From: Candidatus Thorarchaeota archaeon
GTDB taxonomy: Archaea > Asgardarchaeota > Thorarchaeia > Thorarchaeales > Thorarchaeaceae
Assembly: GCA_020348985.1 (NCBI GenBank)
Contig: CP070761.1
Location: 1,631,565-1,651,126, forward strand
DNA length: 19,562 bases
Reading direction: 5' to 3'
The position numbers and the translations under genes were made by a program. Below, piece after piece: positions 7,814 to 16,620 of this stretch (positions are counted from its first letter, which is position 1; each line of letters opens with the position of its first letter). The notes below the pieces were generated by a model that was given only the letters and a program-made list of their open reading frames with translations, searched no databases and had not been told where the DNA came from.

Positions 7814-10243
7814 ATGAAACGACGCAACTTCGCGCTATTTGCTGTATTTCTGGCCGTAACTTTAGTTCTGCCATCGCTTGCGGCAAGTAGCCAGCGCACG
7901 CCAGCTCTAGCATCGACAAATGCAGTTGCAGAGGATGATGGACCGCTTTTAGGAGCCATCGAACTCATGGGCACCAACGTTGACGCTTGGGGCGGTGTTG
8001 CTAACGTGATCGCAACTGTGCAGAATGCGACTCACTACGGCTATTCTCATGTTGATGCTCTTGAAGCAGTTGTGACGGACCAGATGGCAGATGATGATGG
8101 ATATGTCGCGCAATCGACATTTCAGTTGTCTGGCACAGTTCCATTCCCGAACGGTGCCATCGGTGGACCAATGGCAGTCCTGCAGGTTTGGATAAGGCCT
8201 GTTATTGAAGTGCCAATGGAGGCAAGTCTTGCAGATTTCGCAGACTTGAGCGAAGCAGAAGCAATCTCACTGGCTGAGGAATATGCTTCGGTCTATGAAA
8301 CAGCGTTGAGCATTGAGCTTGATAGATTCCTTACAGTTGAACAGTCTGAGAATTACTACTGGTCATATGGAGAGGCGAGCGAAAGCCTCGAAGGGAGTTC
8401 ATATCAGATAGCCTTCGTTGGCTTGTTTGATATTCCGGTTGGCGACGCTGTGATGAGTGACTTTCTCGATTTGCTGGCTGACTATGGTGGGTTCATGGGC
8501 GTTGTAGATGCTGCTGGTTGGCCAGACATCTATACTCAGGCCACCGAAGTCTACCTGCCTTCTCATTGGCGTCCAGCACACTACGATCCGGGATCAATGG
8601 TCACGGATTTGCTGGGAAGATCTGGGGATAACTACATTCGCGCCCATGCTTCGCACGTGGACCTCGTTGAAGTTGTTCAGTCAGCTGTGGCGGCTCAAGT
8701 GAGCTTCTTCGAGCCGGGTGTCGTTGAGGCAGTAGCCGGAGACGAGTCCTTCTCTCTATTGGACTACTTAGACGAGACTGGGACCATTACCAGCAAGATG
8801 ACTGAGGACCCAAGTGCAGTCGCAGTATCCATTGTTGGCGGAGCTGCTCCAGCATCGCTTGACATAGAGGGCATACCTGCTGATTGGATGAGTGTGGATG
8901 ACACATTTGAGATTCCTGAGTCTGTAATGATTCCTGGTGGGATTGTGGTACCTGCAGGATCAACTGTTTCGGATCTTATCACAACCTATCTGTCACATAT
9001 GCCAAGAGAGTTGGCTCTGATGGTCAACGACGGAATTGAAAGCTTGGATCCCACAATCCTCGATGGTTTTGTTGATAGTCTATGGGGATCCCCAATACCA
9101 CTAGTAGATATCAAGCAGATGATCCTCAATATGGACTTCTCGACCGACTTCCCGGAGACCCCAATCATTGAGTTGGATGTTGATCTACTTGCACTCGTGA
9201 TGGAGAGAGCAGGTATGACACCCGATCAGTTGATTAGTCGAATTGATGACTCATTGGCAGCGACCAACCCAATTGCAGCCATTGTAGAGGCTTTCGTCTC
9301 GTACTTTGACTCTTATGGGATGCTTGACATACTGACACCTTCCATATACTCAGACCCGGCGGCTCTCGAAGGATATCTGAACACCTTCATTGCTGGCATT
9401 CAACAGTTCATGGGCGACTTTGCCGGAGTCGACTTTCCAGCTGAGTTCCAGACAAAGGAGGCAATAGCCACGTTTGTTGAGGAGCATTGGGACATCACTC
9501 TTGGTGCTCTTTGGACTGCAATGGCAGCTGACGACAATGATGCAATCAAGGACGCCTTTTACAACATCCTTGACGATGACAACCTCCAAGAACATATCAC
9601 ACCATACCTTATGGCAGACCTCGGAGCATCTCTTGTTGGCGGCATAGGATTCGAGATTGCAATCAACACGAATTTCACACACTTCTTCGACCTTGATGCC
9701 GACTTGACAATGACCTTCGATGCAGATCCCGATTCTATCAGCTTTGACGGCCCATACCTGGTCGTATCGAAAACACCTACGACTCGCACGGTGAACGTCG
9801 GCAACGTGATTGAGTACACGATAACAGTCCACAACTACGGGTCTGCTAGAGCCTACGACGTGAAAGTTCTTGATGGAATGAGCTCGGGACTTGATGGAGT
9901 GCGAGAGTTCTACTGGACTCGAGACACGTTAGATGCAGGAGCCGAATGGGAGATTACCTACTCAGTTGCTGCAACAGACGGCGGTCTATACGCAGACTTG
10001 CCTGCAATCTGTGTGTATTTCAACACCACCCTTGCCTCATTCAATCCGAATATCGCGGAGACTTGGACGGGCTCAGCTTTCTACACCTGGTCAGCACCGG
10101 GTTACCAGATATTGATTCAGGGTACTGGCGGAGGATTCTGGGACAACATCCCAACAGAAATCTTCGGCATCCCGACCTTGTATGTTGGCATCGGTGGAGT
10201 AGGAGCAGTAGCTGTCATCATCATCTTGGTTCGACGAAGGTAG
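7814..10243 (+). CDS. Large acidic cell-surface protein: signal peptide, DUF11/Ig-like domain near the C-terminus, C-terminal TM anchor
   Basis: MKRRNFALFAVFLAVTLVLPSLAA signal. VSKTPTTRTVNVGNVIEYTITVHNYGSARAYDVKVLD is the DUF11-type pattern. Ends in a hydrophobic helix plus RRR; strongly D/E-rich; several NxT sequons. Confidence 0.85.
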   Translation: MKRRNFALFAVFLAVTLVLPSLAASSQRTPALASTNAVAEDDGPLLGAIELMGTNVDAWGGVANVIATVQNATHYGYSHVDALEAVVTDQMADDDGYVAQSTFQLSGTVPFPNGAIGGPMAVLQVWIRPVIEVPMEASLADFADLSEAEAISLAEEYASVYETALSIELDRFLTVEQSENYYWSYGEASESLEGSSYQIAFVGLFDIPVGDAVMSDFLDLLADYGGFMGVVDAAGWPDIYTQATEVYLPSHWRPAHYDPGSMVTDLLGRSGDNYIRAHASHVDLVEVVQSAVAAQVSFFEPGVVEAVAGDESFSLLDYLDETGTITSKMTEDPSAVAVSIVGGAAPASLDIEGIPADWMSVDDTFEIPESVMIPGGIVVPAGSTVSDLITTYLSHMPRELALMVNDGIESLDPTILDGFVDSLWGSPIPLVDIKQMILNMDFSTDFPETPIIELDVDLLALVMERAGMTPDQLISRIDDSLAATNPIAAIVEAFVSYFDSYGMLDILTPSIYSDPAALEGYLNTFIAGIQQFMGDFAGVDFPAEFQTKEAIATFVEEHWDITLGALWTAMAADDNDAIKDAFYNILDDDNLQEHITPYLMADLGASLVGGIGFEIAINTNFTHFFDLDADLTMTFDADPDSISFDGPYLVVSKTPTTRTVNVGNVIEYTITVHNYGSARAYDVKVLDGMSSGLDGVREFYWTRDTLDAGAEWEITYSVAATDGGLYADLPAICVYFNTTLASFNPNIAETWTGSAFYTWSAPGYQILIQGTGGGFWDNIPTEIFGIPTLYVGIGGVGAVAVIIILVRRR

Positions 10244-10266
10244 TCCATCCGAGAATACAGTACATT

Positions 10267-10311
10267 GGTTCACGCACCTAGCAAGGTGCGCGAACCCCAC
10301 TCCTTTCTTTT
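10267..10311 (+). terminator. Hairpin plus pyrimidine/T tract downstream of the surface protein gene
   Basis: GGTTCaCGCACCT-agca-AGGTGCGcGAACC (10267-10296) followed by TCCTTTCTTTT (10301-10311). Confidence 0.5.
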
Positions 10312-10444
10312 GTCTATTGACAATGCAATATAGACTCGCGGCAGGCATAATCAAGTGCTCAAACTCAACAAATGTTATCACGGGTGCAAGTCGGGCACGC
10401 AAGCCGGAGCATACACCCATGATAATCGCGGTTGAAATTGGTTA

Positions 10445-11302
10445 CTAACCCTTTCGAGACCTCAATACAACAACGACAATGACCAGCACCACGGGAATTC
10501 CTACTCCCAAAGCAATCAGCTCCATGGGTAATGCGGGAGGTGGATCAGTGGTCGTAGTTGTGTCAGATGTGGTCGTGGTGGTGGTTGTTGTCTCAGGAGG
10601 CGTAGTGGTGGTTGTCGTTGCAAGGTTTGGACATGTGTCGTTGAACGGCAGACTCTCATCGACGACATCTTGTACCACAATGTTGTCGATTGCTCCCCCA
10701 CCCGTTGATCCGAAGTGAAGATAGGTAATATCCGAGTCGTAGTACAAAGAGAAATACGTATTCACACACATTCGATGAACTCCACCAAAGAAGACATCGA
10801 AGTGATCATCCTCATTCAGTGTTATGTCCATGGAGTGAGATTGAGTGAGGTTTAACATCTCGCCTGTGTTATAAAACGCAAGATCTGTTATCCCACCGGC
10901 GTATTGCTGGGCGAACCAGTATTGGAACCCCCAGAATGCGATCATATACCATGTCCCTGAAGGAACAGGACCGCTATCGGATTCAGCAATGAAGACTATC
11001 CAAGTCGCATCTGGGAATTCGACATCGGGATCAAAAACGTCAAAGCTCCAGGTCCCCATTGTGACGTTGTGGGGATAGTAGGCGTCTGATTGTACGGTGC
11101 TGGAGCTAGTTGACTCAAGTCTGCCATCAATAATGGCGAATGCTCCATTTGTGACTTCCCAATCATCGAAGTTGCCATCGCTGAAGTCATCAGACCATAC
11201 TATTGCTGCTGATGCATTCAATGGCCCAATCAATGAGATTGAGAGCAAAAATGCCACTGCTAACCCTAGACACGAAATACGAACTACTTGTCTCCTATTC
11301 AT
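10445..11302 (-). CDS. Secreted, membrane-anchored protein with probable ConA/LamG-like beta-sandwich, Thr-rich linker and C-terminal TM
   Basis: Signal peptide; WSDDFSDGNFDDWEV...IDNIVV bracket typical of ConA-like domains; poly-Thr/Pro linker; hydrophobic helix plus RSRKG. Confidence 0.8.
   Translation of the reverse strand: MNRRQVVRISCLGLAVAFLLSISLIGPLNASAAIVWSDDFSDGNFDDWEVTNGAFAIIDGRLESTSSSTVQSDAYYPHNVTMGTWSFDVFDPDVEFPDATWIVFIAESDSGPVPSGTWYMIAFWGFQYWFAQQYAGGITDLAFYNTGEMLNLTQSHSMDITLNEDDHFDVFFGGVHRMCVNTYFSLYYDSDITYLHFGSTGGGAIDNIVVQDVVDESLPFNDTCPNLATTTTTTPPETTTTTTTTSDTTTTTDPPPALPMELIALGVGIPVVLVIVVVVLRSRKG
10546..10619 (-). repeat. Low-complexity ACN-codon repeat encoding the poly-Thr linker
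   Basis: The + strand shows GTG/GTT/GTC runs; the protein reads TTTTTTPPETTTTTTTTSDTTTTT. Confidence 0.8.
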
Positions 11303-11353
11303 TTTGTTTTCCTCTTTTCATGAAATAACGAAGCTTTTAGGGTACTATGTGTC

Positions 11354-11382
11354 ATATGTAAGAGCTTAAAAGCTTTACATAT
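11354..11382. promoter_or_regulatory. AT-rich dyad upstream of the 10445-11302 gene (possible regulator site/promoter)
   Basis: ATATGTAA-g-AGCTT-aa-AAGCT-TTACATAT, about 50-80 bp upstream of the start codon. Confidence 0.4.
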
Positions 11383-12215
11383 AATAAAATTAAGACTGCA
11401 AAGTTTAGTAATTGCTTGAAGTAATAATATGATTGCAATTATATATCTTAATAGTTATGTGAACTTCTTGCAGGCAGTCTAACGTGGTTGCATCATGCTT
11501 GGAAGAAGGCATATCGTCAAGACCCAAACTCCAAGTAGGGATTACGACCATTCGAAACTAGAATAGTTCATTTAAGGTCCAAAAGAACGGTACGGAACCT
11601 GCTGACTTTCCTGTTATCACAACACAACCATTACTCGTCAAGCCAGGAATCTTTCTCAGATGGACACTGATGAGTCGCTGAAACAGTTCTCTGAAATATC
11701 CATGGCACTATATTAGGCATCAGATTCACATTCATTGTATGCTGATTGACGGGGGATGTATTCCAAACCTGACTACCTCACCACAAATGGGGAAGTGCTA
11801 GTTTTCACTGTCAATCAGCACCACATGTTAGGACTGATTAGCTGGTGCACGCTGTCTTTCAGATTCTATGGATTTGCAGACCCAAACGGTCAAGGATTGA
11901 CCAAAGTGCGTCCAGCGGCGGTAACCATTATGAACACTGATCTATAATGTGCATTCTTCACATATTCGTAGAACCAGGACTAATTGACCGCTGATCAATG
12001 CAATCATCTAGCCTTCGAATACAGTACAACTATGTCACAGCAATTGCTGAGAAGCTCAACTCCGCTACTGCTCACCTCTGTAGCAGTGTCGAAATCCATT
12101 GTCTAATAGAGACATTCGCTGGGAATTGACAGTTTATATTCTAATTCAGTTCATTCAGGGCAGTCTAATGCGATTTCTACCTTTACTACAGCATTAGAGC
12201 TCTGAGGGTTTGATA

Positions 12216-12620
12216 ATGTCTACACGTGAACAAAAAGAAATCACGGGAACAACTAGACTAGTAGGGACAACGGCAGGTATTGCACTCAGCCTCCTCATCG
12301 GAGGTACTCTTATAGAAACCTTCACCTTGCTCTGGCAATTCATCTTTTCTCCCCCTGCGATTCTAGTATTTCCAGAAATACTGACAATCATCTATCTAAT
12401 CATACCCTGCATAATCGTAGGTGGCTACATCTGGGTAGCGTACTGGTTCTATCTATGCAGGTTCGTTGGTTGTTTTGAGTACATGGGAAGGTGTTTCCCA
12501 ATCTGGTCATGCAGATGGGTGAAGATCTACGTGCCAGTGTTTGTCATCTGGTGTGTTATTGTACGTATTATCCTTGTAGCTGCATATCCTTCGTATCTCG
12601 CATGGTTGTTCGTGCCTTGA
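12216..12620 (+). CDS. Small hydrophobic Cys/Trp-rich membrane protein, function unknown
   Basis: 134 aa from ATG 12216 (TTG 12210 is an alternative); three hydrophobic segments; protein-like composition. Confidence 0.65.
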   Translation: MSTREQKEITGTTRLVGTTAGIALSLLIGGTLIETFTLLWQFIFSPPAILVFPEILTIIYLIIPCIIVGGYIWVAYWFYLCRFVGCFEYMGRCFPIWSCRWVKIYVPVFVIWCVIVRIILVAAYPSYLAWLFVP

Positions 12621-12883
12621 CCACACTAGAGTGACCCATCCCGGCGACGCTTATACAGCCTAGCGGGCGACAAACTGTATTGCCTAACCTGGTCGGATTG
12701 CAGGCACCACGATAGTCCGAAGACCTAATGGCGCGCCCTTAAACACGACCATCTTCAAAAACAGCGTTTCAGAACTCCTTGTATGGACACAGGAGAACGC
12801 TTTTATCATGCTGAGCAAGACTTGGCGGAGACTCAACTCATGCACCGAGTCAGTGTTTCAATGAAGAACGGAGCAAGAATCTG

Positions 12884-13048
12884 ATGGCGAAATGGGAATG
12901 CCAGGTTTGTGGCTGGGTTTACGACGAGGCTGTGGGAGACCCTGATGGCGGGATTGCTGCAGGCACCAAGTTCGAGGATATCCCAGACGATTGGGTTTGT
13001 CCTGCTTGTGGCGCTGGAAAGGAAGACTTCGAGAAGATCGAAGATTGA
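12884..13048 (+). CDS. rub: Rubredoxin (54 aa; not in the ORF track)
   Basis: Hand translation: [54 protein letters not shown]; CxxCG...WVCPxCG signature. Confidence 0.97.
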   Translation: MAKWECQVCGWVYDEAVGDPDGGIAAGTKFEDIPDDWVCPACGAGKEDFEKIED

Positions 13049-13599
13049 TTTGGTCACATCAGAGAGCAGCGAGTCCGCTCTTTGACTTTGGCTCATTGGA
13101 CGAGTCCAACAAGGATTCAATATCTATTCGAGAGATGCGCATGTCTGCGGCCGCCTCTCAAGCAACTGTTCTCGTTTATGGCGGTTTCACGGTAACGAAC
13201 ACAAACCAAGTAGCCAAAACGGACGCGTAGTTGTACTGATAGTCATGAATCTTCTACCCCCCGCCTCAATCTACTGATTCTGCAGATTGTGCAATCTACA
13301 TGACATCGTAATCAAAAAGAGGTGAAATGCCCTCAGAATGTGCTCCTGTGCTTATCTGAGGCCATTTTCACGTACAATATGCTAGACGGTGTCTATCACC
13401 ACGAACCATGCCTACCAAGGCCACTCTGGTTCGTCATCAGGCCCACGATATCCTGACATCGTTATCAAGGGTTACTGGCAATAAGTATCTAGTAGTGCAA
13501 GTGGAAACATCGTACAGAAACGCCCTGGTGGGAAAAGGCTATCAGAAAACGGGGAGATTGGAAATTGGGACCATTCAGCCGACGTGGAGGGAAGAGCCT

Positions 13600-15204
13600 A
13601 TGTCAGTGGATTTCAGAAAAGACGTTAGGCGTCTCTGGAGGAAGTACTCGGGGATTGTGGAACAGCTTTTTGGATTGGAAGCAGAGGCGTGTCCTGATAT
13701 CATAGTCTCGGGATCCTGCAATGAAGAAGGCCAATGCATGGGGTGTCTGGAAGAGAATGGAAGAGCGTGTATACCAGAGGATGTTATCTCTGGACGGTTC
13801 CCGTTGGAGGGAGTAGTATCCAGACTCTGCCTAATGGCGGCCATATCTCGAGAGCATGTCTGCATAGAGGCCATAGAGGATATTGGATCCGAATTCGGCC
13901 GACAGAACATCGAGAAGAGTGCAAGAGCTGAATGGTTGGACCGGTGGGCCTCTGTGAAACCTAGGAGAGTGCAGAATGCAACCACGGTTCATGACCCTTC
14001 GAAGACGTATTCAAAGCTGTATGAGTTGGTTGGGCAGAAAGCGATTACGGAGCTAGTTCGGGAAATTTCGTACATGGCAAAGCACAAAGAAAGACTAGGT
14101 GTGCAAGATTATGTTGGATTCTTGAGAAGACGGTTTCAGAGATTCTCCGTCCAGCTGAGTCAGACCGAAGTTAGTATCGTGAACTGCCTTCTCAATAATG
14201 GTTCTGTGACCTACAAGAGAATTGGTGAGAACCTGGGACTTACACCTGAATGGGTTTCTCGCAGGATTTCGAACCTGCTAAATCGATCCATTCTGAGGAA
14301 ATTCAACAGAGTCCCGTTCTCAAGGATGGGAATCCGGATGTTCTATGTCCTCCTTTCTTCAGCTGGAGGCGTGGAGAGATCACTTAGATATCTTACACGA
14401 TGCCCATTTCTATATGCATACAGAAGAGTACTCTCGAGTTTGTGGGATGTTCTTGCGATTCTTGCTGTTCCTGAGAACATTGACAATCTCGAGGCGCTCA
14501 GACGTTTTGCCGACAGGGCCGAAAACGACTCGCTGAGGATTAGGATTCTCGAAATAGCTTCCTCAGGAGTCAGTTACTGCTTTGACCACTATGACACTGA
14601 GTTGGGACTGTGGAACATACCTTGGGACCTACTCCACTTCCAGCTCAAGAGAATCCACAGAGACAAGCTTTGGTCCGCCTTTCCAAGAGTAGACACACCA
14701 AGCTTGAGAGCAGGATTAATCATTGACAATCTGGACTTACGAATTCTGAACGAAGTGAAGCGTGGCATTTCTTCCGTAGGAAAGATTCGAAGCAGTCTTC
14801 AGATTGGTCAAGAGCGTGCGGCAGAGCGTCTCAAGAGATTGCGGAAGGCTGGAATCATACTTACATCTTGGGAGGTTCATAACATCGGGTTGAATGAATG
14901 CATTTTCCTTACGTGTAACGATCCTGAGCTCTCCAATGCGATTGCTGCTTGGGTCCAGCGGCTTCCTAAGAACATAGTCTCCTTTGATTCGGACGGCTGT
15001 CTTCTTATGATAAGTCAGCTACCAAAAGGTGGAGCGTTCGGACTAATCTCTGCTGTAGCGCACTTTGAGTCGAAAGCCCACGTTGAGGCTCTTGATGTGG
15101 CGATGTACGGAGCAAGAGGGTTTCCATACGACTACTGGGACACAAACAGCCAATCATGGATGTGCAATCGAAGAGAGCTCGAGGACTGGTTATCACTCCG
15201 CTGA
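13600..15204 (+). CDS. Large transcriptional regulator with two Lrp/AsnC-type wHTH modules and an N-terminal domain of unknown function
   Basis: LSQTEVSIVNCLLNNGSVTYKRIGENLGLTPEWVSRRISNL and IDNLDLRILNEVKRGISSVGKIRSSLQIGQERAAERLKRL. The ORF is open from 13408; ATG 13600 follows GGAGG and is the likelier start. Confidence 0.8.
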   Translation: MSVDFRKDVRRLWRKYSGIVEQLFGLEAEACPDIIVSGSCNEEGQCMGCLEENGRACIPEDVISGRFPLEGVVSRLCLMAAISREHVCIEAIEDIGSEFGRQNIEKSARAEWLDRWASVKPRRVQNATTVHDPSKTYSKLYELVGQKAITELVREISYMAKHKERLGVQDYVGFLRRRFQRFSVQLSQTEVSIVNCLLNNGSVTYKRIGENLGLTPEWVSRRISNLLNRSILRKFNRVPFSRMGIRMFYVLLSSAGGVERSLRYLTRCPFLYAYRRVLSSLWDVLAILAVPENIDNLEALRRFADRAENDSLRIRILEIASSGVSYCFDHYDTELGLWNIPWDLLHFQLKRIHRDKLWSAFPRVDTPSLRAGLIIDNLDLRILNEVKRGISSVGKIRSSLQIGQERAAERLKRLRKAGIILTSWEVHNIGLNECIFLTCNDPELSNAIAAWVQRLPKNIVSFDSDGCLLMISQLPKGGAFGLISAVAHFESKAHVEALDVAMYGARGFPYDYWDTNSQSWMCNRRELEDWLSLR

Positions 15205-15240
15205 CGACACATCTTTCCTCCGACGTGGAGAAAGCGTACA

Positions 15241-15732
15241 CTAGCCTGGCAAGCTTGGCTTTGGACGTGGCATCTCGGTGTCTGTCCAAAGCTCGTAGTA
15301 GTTCTCGACCTTCGTGAATCCGAGCCTTCTGTACAAGCCAGAACTCATCTCGGTATTATGAAGTGTGAACTTCTTTATCCCCCTCTTGGTGAAGAATGAC
15401 ACAACCTCAATCATGAGAGCCGTAGCAATCCCCTTTCTTCTGAATTCCGGTTCTACAAAGACATTGTGAATATAGGCTATGCGCGCGCATTGGATCTTTC
15501 TTGGATTGGGAAGTCTTGAGTAGACTGACACTGCGCATCCCCCAACCACCTCACCATTCTCAGTAGCCAAGAAGCACTTGATACTGTCATCCCATTCATT
15601 TTCCATAAAGTCTTGAATCTTTGGAGTTGCTCTTCTCAGCAGCTCATCATCATACCCCATACTTCTAAACATCTCTATTCGATGATGAATTATTCGTGGG
15701 ATATCATCTTTCTGCGCCAGTCTGATTTTCAT
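15241..15732 (-). CDS. GNAT family N-acetyltransferase
   Basis: Motif A NVFVEPEFRRKGIATALM, and LYRRLGF. Confidence 0.92.
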   Translation of the reverse strand: MKIRLAQKDDIPRIIHHRIEMFRSMGYDDELLRRATPKIQDFMENEWDDSIKCFLATENGEVVGGCAVSVYSRLPNPRKIQCARIAYIHNVFVEPEFRRKGIATALMIEVVSFFTKRGIKKFTLHNTEMSSGLYRRLGFTKVENYYELWTDTEMPRPKPSLPG

Positions 15733-15756
15733 CTAATGCCCCCCTAATTGCCTTTC

Positions 15757-16593
15757 CTACGATTCAGCTGTCTTGGTAGCTTTGAATAGGGCAAAACCGG
15801 GAAAAACCTCAACTGCACTAGTCTTAGGAAAGAATTCATCGATTATCCGTGATATGAAAACACCTTCTTTTACTCCCCAATCAGGAAACAGGTTCAATGA
15901 AGTGAATCTCAAGAAAGCGTCCAGGGAAGGGGCCTGCGGTTCGTCGAAGAAAGTGAGAGGAGAGGATATAAAAAGAGCCCCACTATCCTTCAACAACCTA
16001 CGGATTTCTGCAATCACCAGTGGCAGAATCCTGTCTTCGGGGACCCCGCTAAGCCAGACAAGTGAGTATCTGCTAGACCTAGCCCTCATTTCAGTTAGGT
16101 CGCCCTTGACCCTACGATGGGGGATTTCGTGGAGTGAGTTTGAAGTTTCCTCTCCGAGAACATGCAGTTTTGTGCCGTTACATCTTCTGACCAGGGTCTT
16201 TAGAAGCTCCAAATCAAAATCGTTCAATCTCTGCGGAGTAGCGAAGAGGACTCTACCAGAAAATAGGCTGATGTCTGTAGGCACTAGTTTGCATGCACAG
16301 GCGATCCTGTAGTGACAATACTTCACATAGAAGTGGGCGATTGTGTCTATTGCAGACTTCATCATCTCGCGAAGTCTCGTCTTTCCGTTGTCACCTACTC
16401 TGTAGACTCTTCGTGGCGGACCATGAGGACTAGGTTGTATCTCGCTTGCCACCAGCCCTCGTGACTCCATTTGATGAAGCCAACGGTAGAGAGTCGTGAT
16501 CATGATGTTTTGGTCATCTTGTTCCAATGTCTTGAGTAGATCATAACCGTGGCTTGGACTACTGTCTAAGGTAAGCAGGATTCTATCTTTCAA
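15757..16593 (-). CDS. PadR-family wHTH fused to a degenerate class I methyltransferase-like domain
   Basis: N-term ILLTLDSSPSHGYDL...LYRWLHQMESRGLV...GPPRRVYRVGDNGK (PadR). C-term VKGDLTEM...RYSLVW...IAEIRRLLKDSGALFI (MTase-like). Confidence 0.82.
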   Translation of the reverse strand: MKDRILLTLDSSPSHGYDLLKTLEQDDQNIMITTLYRWLHQMESRGLVASEIQPSPHGPPRRVYRVGDNGKTRLREMMKSAIDTIAHFYVKYCHYRIACACKLVPTDISLFSGRVLFATPQRLNDFDLELLKTLVRRCNGTKLHVLGEETSNSLHEIPHRRVKGDLTEMRARSSRYSLVWLSGVPEDRILPLVIAEIRRLLKDSGALFISSPLTFFDEPQAPSLDAFLRFTSLNLFPDWGVKEGVFISRIIDEFFPKTSAVEVFPGFALFKATKTAES

Positions 16594-16620
16594 TTTTCCA
16601 TTGTTCTCTTTCAGTCGAAC

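Noticed and set aside
11660-11703. Hammerhead-ribozyme-like string ATGGA-ca-CTGATGA-gtcgct-GAAA-CAG-ttct-CTG-aaa-ta-TCCAT
   Set aside because: The core words and possible stems I and III are present, but stem II is essentially absent (one G-U pair) and the required UH cleavage dinucleotide is replaced by AAA. A near miss; cmscan or a cleavage assay would settle it.
13046-13198. Possible selenocysteine readthrough of the rubredoxin TGA (frame stays open for about 49 codons)
   Set aside because: The rubredoxin is already complete, the TGA is not at a Cys-equivalent position, and the extension is not protein-like.
13408-13599. N-terminal extensions given by the ORF track (also 11-160, 5309-5350, 19302-19475)
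   Set aside because: They lie outside recognisable domains, and better starts with SD/TATA or paralogue support exist downstream.
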